Source of the DNA: Chara braunii
Taxonomy: Eukaryota > Plantae > Charophyceae
Direction: 5' to 3'
DNA: 63,958 nucleotides
Assembly: GCA_003427395.1 (NCBI GenBank)
Contig: BFEA01000012.1
Coordinates: forward strand, 2,329,836-2,393,793
The notes beneath the pieces were generated by a model. It saw only the letters and a program-made list of their open reading frames with translations. It was not told where the DNA came from and searched no databases. Below are positions 13,246 to 63,958 of this stretch, piece by piece. The position numbers and the translations under genes were made by a program. Numbering within the stretch: position 1 is the stretch's first letter; each line of letters begins with the position of its first letter.

Positions 13246-13409
13246 AGATACATTATAGACGATACATACATACATATCTATATTATAATAATAGATATGT
13301 ATATACAAACATTAAATCAAATACTATAAGAAAAACAGGATGTATAATAATATTATGATTAGATAAAAATTCATAACATAGATATATTTTGAAGCACTAC
13401 CGGCAGTAC

Positions 13410-16400
13410 CTCCACCAGTGTTGGGGAAATATGGAAAACTGGCAGTTTTCCCAAACTCGTAAGAAATCAGAGGCCGGGCCCGGCAATGGCCGCCATTGAT
13501 AAATCTCATCGGCAGCCGTCATTTCATTTCGGCCTTCTCAAAAGGTCGGAGGCCCACCCGAGGCCCACATTTTTCCCACTCGGCAAAGGTACTAGTTGTT
13601 TAAGAAATACATAATATACATATCATAATAAGTAATACATAATAAATTAATAACATATAGTAAATAGCAATATCTACATTTATTTGTCTATATTTTACAA
13701 AAAATAGAACAATGATATATAAGTAGAATAAAATGTATTTATAGTACACTATTAAATCAATTTAAATGTACTTTTATTATCCATTAGGGAATAAATAGGG
13801 CATGGGGCATATTAAGTGTCATCATTCCAAGACATGATGGGCAGACTGAGGAGAAGCAAGCTTTTAGTGACTCAGACTCAACAAAGAAATATTGAATTGA
13901 AAGGTACATTCCAAGACTAGAGATTGTAGGTTCAGCATAGGGGTGGAATCCTAAGGCAAGAAGGGGAGCTGCCACTTGAAGAGTGCATGCTTAGAGAAGC
14001 CTGGCCTGCAAGCAAAAGATGATTCCAACATAATGAAATATCAGATAGCAACAACAAATCCATTGGCTGCCGTCTTCCGCTCAGCTCGGCTGGACAACGC
14101 TGTCACCTAGATTTCCTGTAGGAAACGAATCCATCGGTCGGCAGGGATACCACCCCCTTACACGCAAGGAGGTGCTTTTGTCCTGCTGCCTCCAAGACCT
14201 CACCTCAGGATCAGCCCCCATTTCTTTCAGGTCGTCACCGTCACAGGTAACATCATAACGATGACGACGGTGGCTGCGCTTTCGTCCCAAGCAGAAAGGG
14301 CGAAGGAATCCAGATTTAAGTACGCGGACATGAGCCTTAGGGCCATGCTCCAGCTCACGCATGGACAGAATGCGGAACTGTATTTGGCAGCAAATGAGAG
14401 AGGGAAAGAGAGAGACGAGACGGAAAATCTAATGGGGCAGAAACATTCACGTTCTTAGTCTAGCAAGGGTTGATGCCTCACAGCAGGCATGGCTGATGGA
14501 CTAGGTACTAGACAGGAGGTCCGGCCAGACGTGCCAAGTCAAGAAGAACTCTTGTGGCATCAGATACCAATAAATTCCCTCAGCACCTCCGTATCAAGGA
14601 CCGAGGGGCAATTTCCCCGATCAGTCTCATCAGGTACCAATAAATCTCCTGTACAATGAACAGACCGCTCTATTTCCCTAAGCGTCAAAAACGGTGGAAC
14701 AGGTGGAAGAGAATGCCAAGGACTCTGTGCGACACCCCTGTGAAACACATGGCAGAGAATGCAGGTGACTGACAGAATGAAGCTCGACGAGCCAATAGAT
14801 GAACTTCGGAAGTCAATCGATGCAATGATGGATATGACGGAATCACTGGATATTTGTGCTTCAGTGACGCAAGGAAGAAACGGACAAAAGAATGAATGAA
14901 TGAATGAATGAATAAACCAGTGACTGACTGACTGACTGCATGAATGAATGAAAAAATGAATGAATGAATAATCAGAATAAATGAATAAACACAATGAATA
15001 ATCCGGAGAGAATAAGGGAATCCTCCATTGATCAACTGTGGTGAAGCGTAGGAAGCAGCCACTAGATCAAAAGCCTCTAGCCGCACCAGATTAAACATGC
15101 AAGCCTTGCAATGGGAGGAAAAAAATAAAATCTCCGCTTGATAGACACTTACGTATGCCCCATGTGCTGGATTCCTCTGTTCACATTCACTGCAGTTGGA
15201 GGAAGAACAATGCAGCGCGGTTCCTCGTTCATCAAATGTTCCCCTGTCCGTGTCCATGTTTCTCTATTCATTCATTGCTGTCCCACTGGTTTATCCGTTC
15301 ACATATACGATCCTTATGTCCGCTGCTTCATCATGAAAATGTGTACACTTCGTCGGAGCAAACTGTACCCAAATCGTCCGAGCAGATATCGTTGGAGCAA
15401 ACTGTATCGTTCCATCGGAGCGCGCTCGCCCCTTGGCGTGCTGGTTCCACACACCCACACGAATGAATCTTGGCAGTACTGACCTGCCTACCTTAAGAGG
15501 AATAAATTACTGCAGAAATTCTCTGTTATTCAACAAAGAACACAGTGACCAGCTCCCGATGCCGGCTTTAAGAATGGACAGACGGGAAATGGAATCTAAG
15601 CATAAGAGATGATGTACTCGTCTGCCCATCAGGTTGCACTGCACTTGCCACCTGAGTTATCCCGTTGGACACAAGTTACGCCCCCCCAAAAAAGGGACGA
15701 TCCTCTCGCCAAGCCAAGAATGACTTCTGGGATTGTGATAATCATTATTGCGGTGACTGAACGAACGGCCTCAGCTTTTTCTGTTTCCCGATATCCAAAT
15801 GAACACTTCGATTCCGGCTGAGCATCCAATTCTGCAGGGCTTCAGTGCATCCACCTACTAGAGATTCCACCAAAATTGAAAAGGACTTGACTGTCACACT
15901 TCCGTCTTGAATCTTGATATACACCTCCATTTTGCAGAGTACAGTGATCTAACAAAAGCCATCAGGGGCCTGCTGCGCCCACCGTGACCCTCCCGATCCC
16001 ACACTCGGCACCCAATGCTTTGCCCGGCCGTCCAGGCACTTTTCCTTCCATGATCATCAAGCCATGTTACATAGTTGTCGCCCTGTCCTTGTTCTTGCAT
16101 ACACCTCCCCTTCACCATCCCCTCCGTCATCCCCTTCGTCTTCCTCACGCACTTCCTTGCCCCCTTCATCATCCCCTTCGTCATCCCCTTCGTCATCCCC
16201 TTTGCCCCCCTCTTCGTCATGATCCCCTTCATCAACCCTCCCTCGATCATCCTCTTCGTCATGATCCCCTTCAGTCATCCTTCCCTGGTCTTCAGGAATC
16301 TCAACCAAAAGCTGCATACACAAGGTGGGCATCGACGCTCCCCTTTTGATGCTGTCACCTGCAGGCACCTACCTTGAAGGAAAACACTCGTCCCTTGAGC

Positions 16401-16733
16401 TGTCCGTTTCCCATCAACTTGGCATCGTGACCAACCTCGACTTGTTGAGCCGCCTGTTTGTGATTACTCAATCTTTTCCCTTCTCTTCTCCACCCGCCCT
16501 CATATCTGGTAACCGCTCTTGCCTGGCCTTACTCCGCTGTTGCATGGCGTACAATATATCTTCTTCTCATGCATTCACCCCGAGTTGTATCCCTGCCTGA
16601 TTTGCTGCCCTTGCCCGCTGACCTTCTGTAGGCTATCTTTCACTTGGAAGTAGACGTCCTGCGAACCAGCGACACTTCCGAGGCGCCTAGGTGCATCAAG
16701 GCTATTTCAAAACATTGCTGCCCCCCCCCCCCC

Positions 16734-16777
<44 letters not shown>

Positions 16778-17530
16778 GCGACTGTGCAATCATGATGGCA
16801 CTCACTTTGTTGAATCAGCAGTTCATGTTCCAAGCTATCGAGGAAATGAATGCTGCAGCCAGCATTGACTGTATTCATCTAGTACATCAATTGCACATGA
16901 CCTGTCATCAAATTTCCGAACTTGCACAGCATCGGTGGATTGCCGTTACTTTCATGCGGACAGCGACGACCCTAGAGAGGCCTGCACTTGATGAGTCGGA
17001 TTGGTCTGGCATTTTTTTCTCACACCGTGAAAGAAACATTAACTGCTGCTACACTTATTCCAGCCAAGTACTAGATGTTGCTGAACTGCATCATCATGAC
17101 ATTGGCTACGTAAATCATCATCATTATGATATCATGACACTGCCCACAATGGTACAGGACGATTACCATCGTGCCACCTACAACACGAGCTAGCCTGAGG
17201 ATGGATGCATCACTGAGAGGTTTTTGTCTGCAATGATCGGAGGGCATTAGGCGCTTGCTGCTATCGATGATGCAGCTGCCCTCCTGCCGCGGGTGTAGGC
17301 TATTTTAGAATTTGAAGCAGTGTGAGAGGAAAGGATCACGGAAGAAGGCAATCAACAACGCCAACCAGGCATCAAGAACCTAATCTGGCCGGCTAGTTTC
17401 AAATGATGGGCGAGAAGAAGGCAATCAACAACGCCAACCAGGCATCAAGAACCTAATCTGGCCGGCTAGTTTCAAATGATGGGCGACTGGATCGGTTTCT
17501 GGCCTCCCACTGAGGCCAATGAACGTGGCT
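13410..17530 (-). mobile_element. Large decayed transposon-like region (possibly hAT)
   Basis: CAGTGTTGGG terminus-like sequence at 13416; acidic GDDE low-complexity tract 16100-16290; coding relic shared with 10600-10660. Confidence 0.25.
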
Positions 17531-17604
17531 GCGACTTCGAAACGAACAAGAATCAAAATAAAATCGCCTCGGTTTACTTATTGACAATCAAACATAAATT
17601 GATT

Positions 17605-17638
<34 letters not shown>

Positions 17639-17680
17639 GATGGTGCCGATGAAGGACTCCTCCTCAAACTGTTTGCTCAA

Positions 17681-57062
<39,382 letters not shown>

Positions 57063-57365
57063 CTGCAGCACCACGTCATCACACACACGACAGTTCAACT
57101 TGCAGTTCTCTCCCGCCCCACACCCCCCCCCTCCAAAAAAAAAAAAAATAGAGTGCACCCAAAAGAAATGTCTTTGAAATCGATCCCCGCGACATGAACA
57201 ACGACTCATGCAACAACGTCGCCCCGGCGTATTTCATAGCACGGCCGAGTCGGGCCGACCCCCGATGCTTTGCAATCAGTTCCGCTCGACTTCAAAAATC
57301 CGTACGAGGTACCTTCCCTTTCTCTTGTTTTTTACTCTCTAAGGGATGATTCCAACAGATCTTAC

Positions 57366-57400
57366 CTATCCCACAAATCAGGTCCCGTTTCTCTTCCGAA
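57366..57400 (-). other. Probable 5' UTR exon of the CesA/CslD-like gene
   Basis: tttcag|ttcgg...gggatag|gtaag; if spliced to 57062 it places an in-frame TAG directly before the ATG. Confidence 0.4.
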
Positions 57401-58486
57401 CTGAAATGAAGTGCAATGAACGGAAGTGAAGTTCAATTGCTTCTGAGGAATGCGTTTGTACACCTGAAGAAAAAATCGCTGTTTCAGAGTAGCTTTTTTT
57501 TTTTCTTTCTTGAACGTATGCACGCCATGTTTCCGGCCCGATACAGTCAAAATGAGGGTACGTTGTGTTCGGGGGAAGACGGTAGCCAACGTGAAAATTG
57601 CCAGGACGAAAACGGTACGGACTAAGCATTGAAAGCACCCACATACTCCTCGGGAAAACCAAGGACAACCATCGTGAAAAATCAACGGCACCTTCTCCTA
57701 GATGAGCACCTCTTTCTTCCTCTTCTTTTTTTTTGTCTTTTTTTTTTCTTTTTTTTCTTTTATTTCTTTTTTTTTTTCTTTTTTTATTTCTTTTTTTCTT
57801 TTTTTTTTTNTTTTTTTTTATTTCCCAGACGCCGGTTTACTAGGCCAGGTGATAAGAGCAGCCTCTTCTAGCATCCGTCTAATGGGTACCCCAATCTATT
57901 GTTGGGGATTCACACCGGGTCCATCGTCCCATCAAACATCGTTCGGATTCTTCGGAATAGATTGAAACTGCAGGTATGTGGAAAATCAAACTGAAGTTGC
58001 TGAAGGTCAAGCTGTAGCTGCTGGACTATCTGAAGAGCTAAAATTGAGATCTTTGAGGAGGCCAAAGCCTCTGCTATTCAAATCCCGTCGTTGACACCTC
58101 TTGACTTCCGCGTGTGCCCAGGACAGAGCTCGTGTGTACCCTGTTTCCGTCTCTGTGCGCTAGAGAAAGACAGATGGATAGACAGAGAGACAGCGAGGGA
58201 GAGGCCGCGACGTACCCTGACTCCGTCTCTGTGCGCCTGTCTGTCAGACTCTGTCTCTCTCTCTACCTGGCCCCGCTTGCGGCAATTCTGCAATATACAA
58301 TAGGAGTTTTGAGGATGTATCCCCCCGCAGCTCGGACAAACGTAGTCGAAGAGGTTAACTTAACATTACTCTGAGTAGCATGGAACGTAGCTCTCTGCTT
58401 CTCCTTTGTCTCCCTCACTTCTACGCGTCTCATGTCTTCCAAATTCGTAGTGTCTATGTTTGTTTTTTTCTCTCTCGGCCAACGTA

Positions 58487-58757
58487 CAGTAAGGGTAAGT
58501 TTCAAAAATAGAGCGTTCAGTAAGGGTATAGTTTCAAAGCAAAAGTAGAGGCGGGTCCAAGTTTCGTTGCAAAAATACTTGCGGGCGGTGATTTTCGCTG
58601 CAGCTTTACAGGTCCCGGGAGTTTCACAGCAAAAATATTTGCGGGCGGGGTCCCACTTTCGCTGAAAATTTGAAAAAATACATATTTCGGACCCCGACAA
58701 CATTTCCTCTGGGAAACTTTGAAAACGCGCTGTTTCTGCAATTACCCCCGTACAGTA
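58487..58757. mobile_element. Probable DNA-transposon remnant
   Basis: CAGTAAGGGTA repeats, internal GCAAAAATA.TTGCGGGCGG repeats, TTACCCCCGTACAGTA end. Confidence 0.35.
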
Positions 58758-58875
58758 AATATCAAGACGCTGTGGCGGGCGTGGGCTGACCAAGACGTGG
58801 GAAACTTCGTTTTTCCTTTTTTTTGGTTTTAACTACGCCAGATTCTTCTCTCAATTTCTTTTTTTTTTTTTTGAA

Positions 58876-58896
58876 ATCCCTGAAATCGCAGGGGCC

Positions 58897-58928
<32 letters not shown>

Positions 58929-58946
58929 ACGGACGTCCCGAAGGAC
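58876..58946 (-). pseudogene. 3'-truncated U6 retrocopy with poly(A) and 11-bp TSD
   Basis: RC GTCCTTCGGGACGTCCGTTAAAATTGG...CCCCTGCGATTTCAGGGAT + A tail; CTCTCAATTTC at 58848-58858 and 58947-58957. Confidence 0.92.
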
Positions 58947-59649
58947 CTCTCAATTTCACCTAAACACTACCAACCTACTAGGATACTACTACTACCAATC
59001 ATAGTATTATTACGTGGTAGCTGCGACAACCGTGTTCAAGAGAGAACATGCAGGAGCTGCACCCGACCTGCAGATGGCGATCGTGGTTCAGGTTTGGGTC
59101 ATTAACAAATATCCAATATTGCGTGCCGAGATTACCCTCAACTTCCCTCAAGTAATGGCTAGGCTCAAGCTTGGGTCATTCACGAGCTGCTCAGATTACC
59201 GTAAGAAAGGGCGAATCAACAGTCTTCGGACCCTGAAAAATCTGAAATCAAGGGTGGTACCAGTTTCTGTAACGAACACCAAATATTGCAAATTTGGTAT
59301 TTGCCCCTCAAGGTTTCGACTCTGAAAAATTGTTGTTTACCCCTCAAGTTCGGCAATATCGGGTAAGCTTTTGCCTACGGTCCAAAACATCCCAAGTGCT
59401 CCTAAGATTCGCCGACCCCCTTGCACGCACGTACCCACCGCGCTAAGGTCCAAAACATCCCAAGTGCCCCTCATCTTGTACTGACCTTAAAGGTGTCGGT
59501 TTGCCACTCCCCTTTCCAACGAGAATCACGAGATGAATAATACCGGTCTGAAAATTCCCGCTCACGACGTCCGCCGTCGAATATTTCCTCTCCACGGCTG
59601 TTTAGCGTGCTTCTCGGCCTTCCCACTGGCGTGTCGCGCCGGAGGGAGG

Positions 59650-59725
<76 letters not shown>

Positions 59726-60279
59726 NNNNNNNNNNNNNNNNNNNNNNNNNNNNNNNNNNNNNNNNNNNNNNNNNNNNNNNNNNNNNNNNNNNNNNNNNNN
59801 NNNNNNNNNNNNNNNNNNNNNNNNNNNNNNNNNNNNNNNNNNNNNNNNNNNNNNNNNNNNNNNNNNNNNNNNNNNNNNNNNNNNNNNNNNNNNNNNNNNN
59901 NNNNNNNNNNNNNNNNNNNNNNNNNNNNNNNNNNNNNNNNNNNNNNNNNNNNNNNNNNNNNNNNNNNNNNNNNNNNNNNNNNNNNNNNNNNNNNNNNNNN
60001 NNNNNNNNNNNNNNNNNNNNNNNNNNNNNNNNNNNNNNNNNNNNNNNNNNNNNNNNNNNNNNNNNNNNNNNNNNNNNNNNNNNNNNNNNNNNNNNNNNNN
60101 NNNNNNNNNNNNNNNNNNNNNNNNNNNNNNNNNNNNNNNNNNNNNNNNNNNNNNNNNNNNNNNNNNNNNNNNNNNNNNNNNNNNNNNNNNNNNNNNNNNN
60201 NNNNNNNNNNNNNNNNNNNNNNNNNNNNNNNNNNNNNNNNNNNNNNNNNNNNNNNNNNNNNNNNNNNNNNNNNNNNNNN

Positions 60280-60363
<84 letters not shown>

Positions 60364-60947
60364 GAGACCCTTCACCTACCCTCCCGGACAAGGAACCTCT
60401 GCTGCTCCTTGTGTTGTGTATATATACTAATAGACTATGAAATTCTGAGGAGCAGATGGGCGGCCGTACTTCTTTCAGAAATTCAGACCTTTGAAGTTTG
60501 AAGGGAAGGATCTGAGACGAGGTAGTTCAGGTCCTTCAGGACCTAACGTTTGGACGAGATTTTCGTACTGTCGAAAGCGCTGAACTAAATTTGCGCTTCT
60601 TAGGATCGTATGAAGTTCCAGATACTAAATTTACGCTTCTTAGGTCACGACAACGGTAGCTCATCGACCGCACAGAACCTCGAGAAACGCCAGGTGCTTC
60701 AACCACCTGCTAGGTCGAGTGTTCGACCATTCCCTTGGGATTCCCACATGGCACGATCGTTTTCATTTTTGGAACCCCTCCTGCTGCCGAAAGGTTCCTC
60801 GTTAAAAAGGAGGTAACATTCGACCGCCGGCAAAGGGTGCGCAAACGGCGAATGTGACCGAATTCACACCGGGGAGGGGCTTTTCACGATGCACTAGTGT
60901 GTGCCTGGTCCGCGTGCTGGCACCCGCTCGCTCGTTGTGATAAACCA

Positions 60948-61325
60948 GTCCATCAACTGGACCATGATCCATCGACAGGCCTGGACCATGATCCATCGAC
61001 AGGCCTGGACCATGACCCACCGACAAGCCTGGACCATTCGATGGACCATTGAACAGGCCTGGACCATTCGACGGACCATTCGGCAGACCTGGAACATGAT
61101 CCAGCGACATGCCTGGACCATTCGATTGATCAACTGGACCATGATCCAGCGACAGGCCTGGACCATTCGATTGATCAACTGGACCATGATCCAGCGACAG
61201 GCCTGGACCATGACCCATCGACAAGCCTGGACCATTCGATGGACCATTCGACAGACCTGGACCATGATCCAGCGACAGGCCCGGACCATGATCCGTCGAC
61301 AAGCTGGACCATTCGATGGACCACG
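60948..61325. repeat. Compound minisatellite with TGGACCAT core
   Basis: Interleaved 12/18/21/24-nt units, e.g. CCTGGACCATGATCCAGCGACAGG. Confidence 0.9.
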
Positions 61326-61954
61326 GTCGATGTATCGCCACAAGTATGGTCGGTCCGCAACAGAACCCGCTGAGGTCGGACAGGTTGTATCGACACGGAC
61401 TATGCTATGAAACGAACTTCAAGTGATTACCTCACCAGAAGAAGAACTGGACCAAGATCGGAGATTGGTCCATGGGATAGACAGGTGTCTGCGGACTGGT
61501 CCTACGTCGGTATGTAGAGAAAAGTGTCTCGATCGAGCGTGGTACACAAACTGCCCATCGCTTTCCTGTGCAGAGGAAAGTAGTCGATCGAGCGTGGTAC
61601 ACAAACTGCCCATCGCTTTCCGAACAAGTGATGGGCGACCATGCGAGTTTTGGATTACGGATTCCAGACCCAAGGGGTGGTATCGACCTCGCGTTGAGCA
61701 GATCGATGTAGGCGCCTCGGAAGTGCAAAATGGCCAAAAGAAGTGAAGTTAATCACTCCCCAAAAAACTTGCCCTCCATACAAGATATGAAATGGCAAAA
61801 AGAGGATACATTTCAAGTGCACTTATGTTACCTAGCAGCAAAGCAAAGCAATAAGATTGGCCAGAAACAAATTGCCCTCCATACATTTCATACAAGATAT
61901 GAAATGAAAAGAACGTGAATCATAGCTCGAAGAAAAACGGATTGAAACACGACG

Positions 61955-62250
61955 GGCAAAACGAAACTTCTGCTCTTCAGAACCTGTGCCATCATGCCAT
62001 GGCTGTCTAAATCTACTACTTATTTACAAGCCTTTGCCATCACAAGGACAAACAAACAACCAGAAGAAAAACTTCTGCCCGACAGCCAACTCCATATTTA
62101 CAAGCCTTTGGTCTGTTGTGTCATCATTACGACGACCGGCAAAACGAAACTTCTCTTCAGAACCTGTGCCATGGCTGTCTAAATCTACTAAAAGCAATTA
62201 CAAGAAAATAACAAACAACCAGGAGATTGCCCCGACAACCAACTCCATAT
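61955..62250. repeat. ~180-bp degenerate tandem duplication
   Basis: GGCAAAACGAAACTTCT..CTTCAGAACCTGTGCCATGGCTGTCTAAATCTACT twice. Confidence 0.75.
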
Positions 62251-62717
62251 GGCATATTTTGAATCGTTTGGTCTTTCTCTTTCGTCATTACCTCGTTGGC
62301 ACCAGGAGATTCGCCAACAGCGAATTCCTTCTTCATATGGCTGCCGAGGACGATCATGTTCTCCATACTGCCGGTTCTGGAATGGGGCTCGTGATTTGGC
62401 ATCTTGCCGCCCGTTGTCCATTCCGAACGACATATGCTGCCAGACTCGGAGAAGTCGAGGCTCATTGCGTCTCCGATTGAAGACGACGACCGGGACTGCT
62501 TCATCGCCAGCCATCCAGAGTACAACAGCCAACGAGCGATAACGACACGTGGCACCGACAAACAACATTCAACAAATGAGATAAGTGAAAACAACCGACA
62601 AAGGTCAAACAAAAGTTCAAAACCAACACACAATCTCATTGCATCACTACAAAGTCGATCCCCCTGATTCCCCTCGACACCTCATTATCAAGAACATCAT
62701 TAAGAATGACCGCACCG

Positions 62718-62792
62718 GCATCATCACCATCACCATTGTTGCCATCATTACTTGTTATACTCGCATCATCATCACCATCATCATCATCATCG

Positions 62793-62823
<31 letters not shown>

Positions 62824-62872
62824 TCTTATCATCATTCATCATGATCAACATCATCATCATCACCATCATCAA
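62718..62872. repeat. (CAT)n microsatellite; many other (CA)n, (GA)n, (AT)n, (TCAA)n and (TTTC)n tracts occur across the window
   Basis: Direct inspection. Confidence 0.9.
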
Positions 62873-63865
62873 TCTAATTATAGCCATGTAAACATCGTCG
62901 TCGATCAGCATGGTCGTCATTCTCATGGTCCTTATAGTAATCGACCAATTGTGCATTTCACTGCAGAGGTAATTCGCTTAAGAGCTATAGATTGAAGAGT
63001 CCGACTCCTTACGGAAAAGAATCTACCGAACTTGATTGGACTATAATAGATGGAGACTAGTGGATCCTCGATACTATACTGGTGCAGCAAACTGAAAGGA
63101 AATGCAGTTGGTTATGGCAGCACAGTTCATTACCATTCCATGCCGAAAGTTTCGTTTTCGACTCTGCTTGTCGCACCGAGACGTAGATTTAAGAATAGAT
63201 ACAGAGCAAAGAGAGAAGCCAACGAGATATGCCTCTCTACGCTCTGTGACATTTGTGTTCCCCGTTACTTCGGGACACTCGGTTATTGACGAAGATGAGA
63301 TCGGACAGAGGACAACGACGAACGAGTATCGTGTTGACTCTGAGTCTCTGAAGATGAGAAAGGTTTGTCCTTGCTTAAAGCATTGAACATCCCCACTTCA
63401 ACTGGAAGCACGCTCTTTTGCAAGTAGGTGCTTCAACATCAGGGGTTCTCAGAAGATGGGGCCGAGGAGGAGGGCAGGAATATGAAAAAGATCGGAAGGA
63501 CAAGGCTGAGGAGAAGTTCCAGTCTGAAAGTGACGGATGACAAGTGGCATTCTTTCCTTCTGCTGACGTATGACCATTGTCGTTCCAGATCAGGCTACTT
63601 CGCTTTTGGATCTGAGCTCATGATAACCTGACCCGACTTCCGCCTTGAACACGCAATCGCCAAGAGATATTGCACTCTGGAGATCTCACCCCTATCGACA
63701 TTCACGCACTGTATTCTCATTACTGTCGATTGGATCCCATCAATGTATCGATGCAACCTTCGTCATAACCGATTTGCTATGTGAGTTGACAGAACTATTG
63801 CAAAAAGCGAACATTCGCACATGACTTTGCTTTAACTCTTCATTTTGTTACTCCTTTCGTTTGCA

Positions 63866-63958
<93 letters not shown>

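Noticed and set aside
15894-16377. Overlapping low-complexity ORFs
   Set aside because: Explained by a degenerate 12-nt repeat (CATCCCCTTCGT).
60948-61325. CRISPR array
   Set aside because: Spacers are short and mutually homologous, there are no cas genes, and the context is eukaryotic.
62157-62639. BED-finger-like ORF
   Set aside because: No intact Cys pair; the similarity is too weak to call.

Overview
This is a eukaryotic, repeat-rich, gapped window. It is most likely from a charophyte/streptophyte alga such as Chara; this is an inference from the plant-type U6/U2 sequences, a CesA/CslD-like gene and very long TE-filled introns. The main gene is a minus-strand cellulose-synthase-superfamily gene spanning 57062 to 17681. 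I traced 25 coding exons with consistent GT-AG phases, covering the RING finger, DDG, TED, QVLRW and the C-terminal TMs. It mixes CesA and CslD signatures, and its DxD-bearing exon(s) are not visible, possibly because they lie in an N-gap. A small zinc-ribbon gene is nested antisense in one intron. The non-coding space is dominated by retroposition. It holds eight U6 snRNA retrocopies and one U2 retrocopy, most with short, different insertions at the same catalytic-core positions. Two of the U6 copies sit in the same host repeat. There are also Penelope-like RT remnants, hammerhead-ribozyme modules, L1-like LINE remnants sharing a structured 3' end, several MITE families, minisatellites and many microsatellites.
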